DNA from: an uncultured delta proteobacterium
GTDB taxonomy: Bacteria > Myxococcota_A > Polyangia > Polyangiales > CAVUEK01
DNA length: 64,000 nt
NCBI GenBank assembly: GCA_963740495.1
Contig: CAVUEK010000009.1
Span: 80,722-144,721 of the forward strand
Direction: 5' to 3'
Positions 56,794 to 64,000 of this stretch are shown one piece after another. The stretch's first letter is position 1; every line of letters begins with the position of its first letter. The notes beneath the pieces were generated by a model that searched no databases, was not told where the DNA came from, and worked only from the letters and a program-made list of their open reading frames with translations. Both the position numbers and the translations under genes were made by a program.

Positions 56794-57594
56794 ATGGATC
56801 GCGCCCCGGCCGTAGCTGGCACGTTCTACCCGAAAGAAGCTGCCGCGCTCGCGAGCACGGTCGATGGCCTGATCGGCGAGACGGTGGCAGACGAGCACGC
56901 GATCGCCGTCGTCGCGCCGCACGCCGGGTACGTCTACAGCGGCGCCGTCGCCGGCGAGGTGTACGCGGCCGTGCACGTTCCCGAGATCGCCGTCGTGATG
57001 TGCCCGAATCACAGCGGTCTCGGAGCGCGCGCAGCGATCATGAGCACGGGCGCGTTCCTCATGCCGGGCGGCGCGGTGCCGATCGCCGAGCCGGTCGCGG
57101 AGGAGCTCCGCGATCAAGCGGGGCTCACGGAGGACGCACGTGCCCACGCGCGAGAGCACGCGCTCGAGGTGCAGCTGCCGTTTCTGCGCGCGCGCAATCC
57201 CGGCGTATCCATCGTCCCGTTGTGCCTGGGCGTGCTGCCCTTCGAGTCGTGCGCTCGCATCGGGACGGCGCTCGCCGACGTGATCGCTCGCCATGGTCGC
57301 GTACCGCTCATCGTGGCCTCGACCGACATGAGCCACTACATCCCCGCCGAGAGCGCGCGACGCCTCGACCGAATGGCGATCGACCGGATCGAGCGCCTCG
57401 ACGCCGAGGGTCTCTACCGAACCGTCTTCGACAACGACATCACGATGTGCGGTGTCATCCCGACGACCGTCGCTCTCGTGACCGCCCGCGCGCTCGGCGC
57501 GCGCAGCGCCGAGCTCGTGCGTTACGCGAACAGCGGCGACGTCTCGGGAGACTTCGACCGCGTCGTCGGCTACGCGGGCCTCGTCGTTCGCTGA
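56794..57594 (+). CDS. amrB: AmmeMemoRadiSam system protein B (MEMO1 family)
   Basis: PAVAGTFYP, PHAGYVYSG, PNH, EHALEVQLPFL, ASTDMSHY, TMCG, VVGYAG. Confidence 0.95.
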   Translation: MDRAPAVAGTFYPKEAAALASTVDGLIGETVADEHAIAVVAPHAGYVYSGAVAGEVYAAVHVPEIAVVMCPNHSGLGARAAIMSTGAFLMPGGAVPIAEPVAEELRDQAGLTEDARAHAREHALEVQLPFLRARNPGVSIVPLCLGVLPFESCARIGTALADVIARHGRVPLIVASTDMSHYIPAESARRLDRMAIDRIERLDAEGLYRTVFDNDITMCGVIPTTVALVTARALGARSAELVRYANSGDVSGDFDRVVGYAGLVVR

Positions 57595-57635
57595 CCCTGA
57601 AGCGCACGAAGGCGCCCCGGCTCACCGATGCGCGT

Positions 57636-59210
57636 TCACCGCCGGACCTTCACCGCCGGCATCTCCTGCACCGTGCGCCGCACGCGCGTGCTCGCGGGGC
57701 CCTTCAACCGGTCGCGCAGCGTCGAGCGCGGCAAGCCGAGGGCGCGCGCCGCCGCGGTGAGGTTGCCGCCGTGACGCTCGACCTCTTCGGAGAGCGCGAC
57801 GTTCTCCCGCCGCACCGCATCGATGCCGCCGACGCGAGCGAGCGCGGCGTCGACGTCGCACGACTGGATCACCTCGGCGGGCGTCGCGGCGGCAGCGGTT
57901 GCGAGCACGTTGCGGAGCTCGCGGACGTTTCCCGGCCACGGATGCTCGAGCAACCTCCCGAGCGCAGGCTCGCTCAGCCGACGTGTGCCGATGTCGTTCG
58001 CCATCTCGCGCAGAAACCGGGCCGCGAGCGCGCACAGGTCCTCGGGCCGGTCGCGAAGGGGGGGCAGCTCCACCACGAGCCGCGCGATGCGATAGTAGAG
58101 GTCTTCTCGGAACGCGCCCTCTGCGACCATCTCGCGGAGATCGCGATGCGTCGCACAGACGAGCCTCACGTCCACGCGCGTCGCGCGCTCGCTACCCACG
58201 CGCCGAACCTCCCACGTCTCGAGCACCCGAAGCAGGCGCGTCTGCAGGTCGAGCGGAAGCTCGGCCACCTCGTCGAGAAAGAGCGTCCCGCCGCTCGCCT
58301 GCTCGAACACGCCGCGATGCGCGCTCACCGCCCCCGTGAACGCGCCGAGCTCGTGACCGAAGAGCTCGCTCTCGACGAGCTGCCGCGGGAGCCCCCCTGC
58401 GTTGAGCGCGACGAACGGGCCGGGCGCTCGAGGCCCGTCGCTGTGGAGGCGGCGGGCGACGAGCTCCTTGCCCGTACCGCTCGCTCCGTGCAGAAGCACC
58501 GGCCAGCTGAGCCGGGCGAGCCGGAGAACCTCGGCGAGGACGCCCTGCATCGCGGGCGAGGCGACCACGATGTCCCCGTCGGCGTCGTCGTCTCGGTCCA
58601 CCGAGACGTGGAGGTCGGTCCGCCCGATCCGCACGTGCGCCCCGGGACCGACGCGCGCGACCGTGACCCGTACCCCATCGACCCACGTGCCGTTCGAGCT
58701 GTCGAGATCGCGGATCAGCGCGCCGTCGAGCAGCTTGTCGACCCGGAGGTGGCGCGCGCTGACCGTGGGGTCGGGCAAGACCACCTGATTCGCGGGCGAG
58801 CTTCCCACGTGGAGCGGCTCGTCACACAGCCGGTGCCGCCTCGCTTCGCTGCCCCGCCCCACCGTGAGGACGAGGTGCCCGGGCCGCTCGCGCGGCAGGG
58901 CGACCTGCTCGGTGCGAGGCGTTTCCCGGCACACCCGACCCTTCGACTCGACGCGGACGAGGGAATGATGAAGCCCGAGGGCGAGGCGCAATCCCCGGCG
59001 GACGGCGCGGCCCCGCCAGGGTCGGTCGCCCGAGAGGTCGTAGGCCACCACCTCGTCGCCCCGACGGCGGACCAGCCACGCGCGCTCGGCGATGCCCGGG
59101 TCGTGGACGACGATGTCGCAGGCCGAGCTCCGACCGATCTCGAGGGGGCGAGCGTCCAACGGAAACTCGCGGAGGGGCTCCTCGCGGTAGCACAGAACGA
59201 GCGCGTCCAT
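57636..59210 (-). CDS. sigma54-dependent activator with N-terminal FHA domain(s) and Fis HTH
   Basis: GRSSACD and VSARH...DLDSSNGT FHA motifs; GASGTGKE, ESELFGH, GAFTGA, LFLDE, WPGNVREL; SD GGAGG. Confidence 0.95.
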   Translation of the reverse strand: MDALVLCYREEPLREFPLDARPLEIGRSSACDIVVHDPGIAERAWLVRRRGDEVVAYDLSGDRPWRGRAVRRGLRLALGLHHSLVRVESKGRVCRETPRTEQVALPRERPGHLVLTVGRGSEARRHRLCDEPLHVGSSPANQVVLPDPTVSARHLRVDKLLDGALIRDLDSSNGTWVDGVRVTVARVGPGAHVRIGRTDLHVSVDRDDDADGDIVVASPAMQGVLAEVLRLARLSWPVLLHGASGTGKELVARRLHSDGPRAPGPFVALNAGGLPRQLVESELFGHELGAFTGAVSAHRGVFEQASGGTLFLDEVAELPLDLQTRLLRVLETWEVRRVGSERATRVDVRLVCATHRDLREMVAEGAFREDLYYRIARLVVELPPLRDRPEDLCALAARFLREMANDIGTRRLSEPALGRLLEHPWPGNVRELRNVLATAAAATPAEVIQSCDVDAALARVGGIDAVRRENVALSEEVERHGGNLTAAARALGLPRSTLRDRLKGPASTRVRRTVQEMPAVKVRR

Positions 59211-59344
59211 CGTACCTCCGGCGTGGTTATCGCTCGGGGGGGACGGGCGTTTCGGGCCAGGGACCTCGCCCGCAGCATGGAGAAGGCACCAACACCGCAG
59301 CCGGGCGCGGTCCGCCGTGGCAGAACCGACCTTCGGCGGCCTGC

Positions 59345-59491
59345 TCAGGCCTCGGCGGACTGCGCGGTCGCGTTGGCGCGGCGGGCGCGCCGGCGCGCGA
59401 GGCCGTCGGCGATGACGACCGGCAGGAGGAACACCCCGCCCGGGAGAACCACGATGGCGGCCCAGGCGAGCAGTCGGAGCGCCGGAGTCAT
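59345..59491 (-). CDS. small membrane protein (48 aa, LPGG motif)
   Basis: MTPALRLLAWAAIVVLPGGVFLLPVVIADGLARRR; sigma54-like promoter just upstream. Confidence 0.6.
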   Translation of the reverse strand: MTPALRLLAWAAIVVLPGGVFLLPVVIADGLARRRARRANATAQSAEA

Positions 59492-59504
59492 GTGTGAGAA
59501 CATG

Positions 59505-59520
59505 TGCACGGCGCGTGCCC
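59505..59520 (-). promoter_or_regulatory. candidate sigma54 -24/-12 promoter
   Basis: Minus strand GGGCACGCGCCGTGCA versus consensus TGGCACGNNNNTTGCW. Confidence 0.55.
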
Positions 59521-59618
59521 ACGTCCAGATCCGCCACCGCGCGCGCCTCGCTTTCGCCGACCATGACAAGCGTGTCGCGGGTGTGCTCGCTACGGCCCAC
59601 GTCGCTCCGGCGCTCCCC

Positions 59619-59647
59619 TTGAAAGGGAGGGGGGCCGCGGCTACTGT
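59619..59647 (+). promoter_or_regulatory. sigma70-type promoter of gcv operon
   Basis: TTGAAA-17bp-TACTGT, GTG 9 nt downstream; the -35 sits inside a CTCCC/GGGAG inverted repeat. Confidence 0.6.
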
Positions 59648-59656
59648 CCCGCGACC

Positions 59657-60779
59657 GTGGCGGACGAAGGGCTGAAGCAGACACCTCTGATCGAGGAGCA
59701 TCGCGCCCTCGGCGCGCGTCTCGTGCCCTTCGCCGGCTACCTCATGCCCGTCCAGTACGCAGGGGTCGTCGCGGAGCACACCGCCGTGCGCAACGCGGTC
59801 GGCCTCTTCGACGTGTCCCACATGGGGGAGCTCGTGCTCGAAGGGGAGCACGCGCTCTCGCTCGTCGACTTCCAGGTCACGAACGACGTCGGGCCGGCTC
59901 GCGGTCGGCCAGGCGCGCTACACACCTTGCTGCAACGAGCGCGGGACCATCCTCGACGACCTCATCGTCTATCGGCTCGGCGCCGAGCAGGTGCTGGTCG
60001 TATGCAACGCCTCGAACCACGCGAAGATGGCAGCCCACTTCGCGCGGGCTGCGCCGAGGGCCACTGCAGCTTCCGAGACGAGACCGAGACGACGGCGTTG
60101 CTCGCGCTCCAGGGGCCCCGGGCGCTGCGGACCCTCGAAGCCGCCGGGGGTCGCGGACGCTGACCCTCCTCTCGCTACCGTCCTTCCACGTCGCTCGCGG
60201 CCGAGTGGGCGCGGTCGAGGTCACGGTCGCGCGCACCGGGTACACCGGCGAGGACGGGGTCGAGATCTTCTGCGCCTCTCGCGACGCGGTAGCCCTGTGG
60301 CGCCGGCTCCTCGCGGCGGGCGCGCGAGCACGGCATCGCCGCGACCGGGCTCGGGGCGCGCGACACGCTCCGCCTCGAAGCGCGGTTGAGCCTGTACGGA
60401 AACGACATCGACGAGACGACAAACCCGATCGAGGCCGGCCTGGGTTGGACGGTGAAGCTCGACAAGGGCGACTTCGACGGGAGAGCAGCGCTCGCGCGCG
60501 TCGAAGTCGCGAGGGGCCCAGCCGGAGGATCGTCGGCCTCGAGATGGTCGGGCCGCGGCATCGCGCGCCACGGCTACCCGATCGTGGTGCGAGCGGCGAG
60601 CAGGTCGGCGTCGTCACGAGCGGCTCTCCCGGCCCGACGCTCGGCAAGAACATCGGCCTGGGATACGTCCCGGCGCGATGAGCAAGATCGGTACGCCCGC
60701 TCGGCGTCGAGATCCGCGGTCAAAGGTCATCGATGCCGTGATGGTGAAGACTCCGTTCTACAAGCGGAGCGACGCGTGA
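59657..60779 (+). CDS. gcvT: glycine cleavage aminomethyltransferase T (frameshifted)
   Basis: [62 protein letters not shown]. Confidence 0.95.
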
Positions 60780-60814
60780 GGCGAATCGCTCGCGGGGACG
60801 CAGAGAATGAAGAG

Positions 60815-61210
60815 ATGGCGCACTACCCGAGCGACCTCAAGTACACGAAAGAGCACGAGTGGGCGCGACCCGAGGGTGACCTCGTGCGCGTCGGCGTGAC
60901 GCGTACGCGGTGGAGCAGCTCGGCGACGTCACGCTCGTCGATCTGCCGAAGGTCGGTACCGAGCGTACAGGCGCACGAGCGGTTCGGGGACATCGAGAGC
61001 GTCAAGACCGTCGAGCGAGCTCTTCGCGCCGGTGAGCGGCGAGGTCGTCGAGGTCAACGCGAACCTCGAGGACGCGCCCCGAAGCGGTCGAACGAGGCGA
61101 CCGTACGAGAACGGCTGGATGGTGCGATCCGGCCGTCCATCCGCCGCGGAGATCGACGAGCTGATGGACGCGACGCATACGAGAAGTACCTCGGAACGCT
61201 GGACAGCGCG
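60815..61210 (+). CDS. gcvH: glycine cleavage H protein (frameshifted, end approximate)
   Basis: [19 protein letters not shown] lipoyl-Lys, [16 protein letters not shown]. Confidence 0.93.
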
Positions 61211-61223
61211 CGAGGGGGGCACG

Positions 61224-62570
61224 ATGAGGTACCTGCCGCACACCGCCGACGAGATCCGCGACGATGCTCGCGCGCATCGGCGTCGAGTCGTCGACGCGCT
61301 CTTCGAGCCGATCCCCGCGTCGCATCGGTTCACGCGCGCGCTCGACCTCGAGCCGACGCTCGACGAGCCGGCGCTGATGGCTCACCTGCACGGAGCTCGC
61401 GCGACGAGAACGACGCGGCGCGCGCTCGTCTCGTTTCTCGGCGCCGGGATGTACGACCACCACATTCCGCCCGCGGTCGATCAGCTGCTCATGCGGAGCG
61501 AGTTCTACACGGCGTACACGCCGTACCAGGCGGAGGTCTCGCAAGGGACGCTGCAGGCGATGTTCGAGTTCCAGACGATCGTCTGCCAGCTCTTCGCGAT
61601 GGACATCTCGAACTCGTCGATGTACGACGGCGCGAGCGCGGCGGCCGAGGCCGGCCTGATGGCGCGCCGCCTGACCGGGCGCGGGCACATGCGTGCTGGC
61701 GAGGCGCTCCACCCCGAGTACACGGCGACCTCCGCACGTACGGCCCGCGATCGGCATGACCGACAGTGTCGTCGCCCGTCGCCGCGGACGGCCGCACGGA
61801 CGTCGCCGCCTCGTGCAGAGCCTGCTGCGTGCCGACACGGCGCGGTCGTCGTCGGCTACCCGAACTTCTTCGGGTGCGTCGAGGACCTCGCCGGCGCTGC
61901 GCCAGCTCGCCTCGGAGGCGAGCATCTGCTCGTCACCGCGACCGCGGAGCCGTACGCGCTGTCGCTGCTGCGCGCCGCCGGGCGCCGCGGGCGTCGACAT
62001 CGCGGTCGGCGAGGGCCAGCCGCTCGGCGTGCCGCCGCAGTTCGGCGGGCCCGGCGTCGGGCTCTTCGCGTGCGGCGCGCGTACCTGCAGAAGATGCCGG
62101 GGCGCCTCGTCGGCGAGACGGTCGACGCGGCCGGCCAGCGCGGCTTCATGCTCACGCTCTCGACGCGCGAGCAGCACATCCGCCGCGAGCGCGCGACGTC
62201 GAACATCTGCACGAACAACGGGCTCATCGCCCTCGCGCTCACGATCCGGACCGCGATGCTCGGTCGCCAGGGCTTCGCCACGCGGGCGCCTGTGCGCGAG
62301 CAAGGCCGAGTACTCAAGCAGCGCATCCCGCGATCGGCGGCCGGTACACGATGCCGTACTCGGCGCCCACCTTCAACGAGTTCGTCGTCCGCCGCAGCGA
62401 CGGCAAGGCGGCGCCGCTGCTCGCCGCGCTCGCCGCGCAAGGGCTCGTCGCAGGCATCGACCTCGGTCGGTTCTATCCCGGGCGTGACCACGAGCTTCCT
62501 CGTCGCGGTGACCGAGCGCCACGGGAGCAGCCGACTCGATCGGCTGGTCGAAGCGCTCGCGGACGCGTGA
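61224..62570 (+). CDS. gcvPA: glycine dehydrogenase subunit 1 (frameshifted)
   Basis: [59 protein letters not shown]. Confidence 0.95.
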   Translation: MRYLPHTADEIRDDARAHRRRVVDALFEPIPASHRFTRALDLEPTLDEPALMAHLHGARATRTTRRALVSFLGAGMYDHHIPPAVDQLLMRSEFYTAYTPYQAEVSQGTLQAMFEFQTIVCQLFAMDISNSSMYDGASAAAEAGLMARRLTGRGHMRAGEALHPEYTATSARTARDRHDRQCRRPSPRTAARTSPPRAEPAACRHGAVVVGYPNFFGCVEDLAGAAPARLGGEHLLVTATAEPYALSLLRAAGRRGRRHRGRRGPAARRAAAVRRARRRALRVRRAYLQKMPGRLVGETVDAAGQRGFMLTLSTREQHIRRERATSNICTNNGLIALALTIRTAMLGRQGFATRAPVREQGRVLKQRIPRSAAGTRCRTRRPPSTSSSSAAATARRRRCSPRSPRKGSSQASTSVGSIPGVTTSFLVAVTERHGSSRLDRLVEALADA

Positions 62571-62595
62571 TCGGACAGCCGAGGCGACGACGACG

Positions 62596-64000
<1,405 letters not shown>

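Noticed and set aside
59520-59656. Glycine riboswitch upstream of gcvT
   Set aside because: No recognisable aptamer motifs, and the candidate promoter leaves only a few nt of leader

Overview
Very GC-rich bacterial chromosomal segment. Gene content points to Myxococcota (Polyangiales/Sandaracinaceae-like): three Hanks-type Ser/Thr kinases, an FHA-sigma54 activator, and PEGA, TPR, PPC and Cys-rich surface proteins. In order, the window holds: a TRAP DctP fragment; rmlBACD with a glycosylation cluster (two GT-C-like membrane proteins, GT2, GT2-methyltransferase, 2OG-Fe(II) oxygenase); an L,D-transpeptidase/MMPL/sterol-desaturase operon; HU with two perfect DnaA boxes upstream; ybeY; a catalytically degenerate biotin carboxylase; DUF362; eno; lgt; TonB; secreted PPC and metallopeptidase proteins; a long sppA; a TPR/Cys-rich/kinase module; mutS2; a giant Cys-rich lipoprotein; a kinase; mutL-miaA; a kinase/flippase/DUF2723 (TMEM260-like)/acyltransferase/GT2 run; AmmeMemo B; an FHA-bEBP; gcvT-gcvH-gcvPA (no gcvPB); and a pccB-like gene. 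Many conserved genes carry indels that look like assembly errors. No rRNA, tRNA, CRISPR array or IS was recognised. Best leads: a putative protein O-glycosylation machinery coupled to a receptor kinase, apparent widespread leaderless transcription, the DnaA-box pair at HU, a pseudo-biotin-carboxylase and a sterol-export-like operon. All family calls come from motif recognition by eye; no searches were run.
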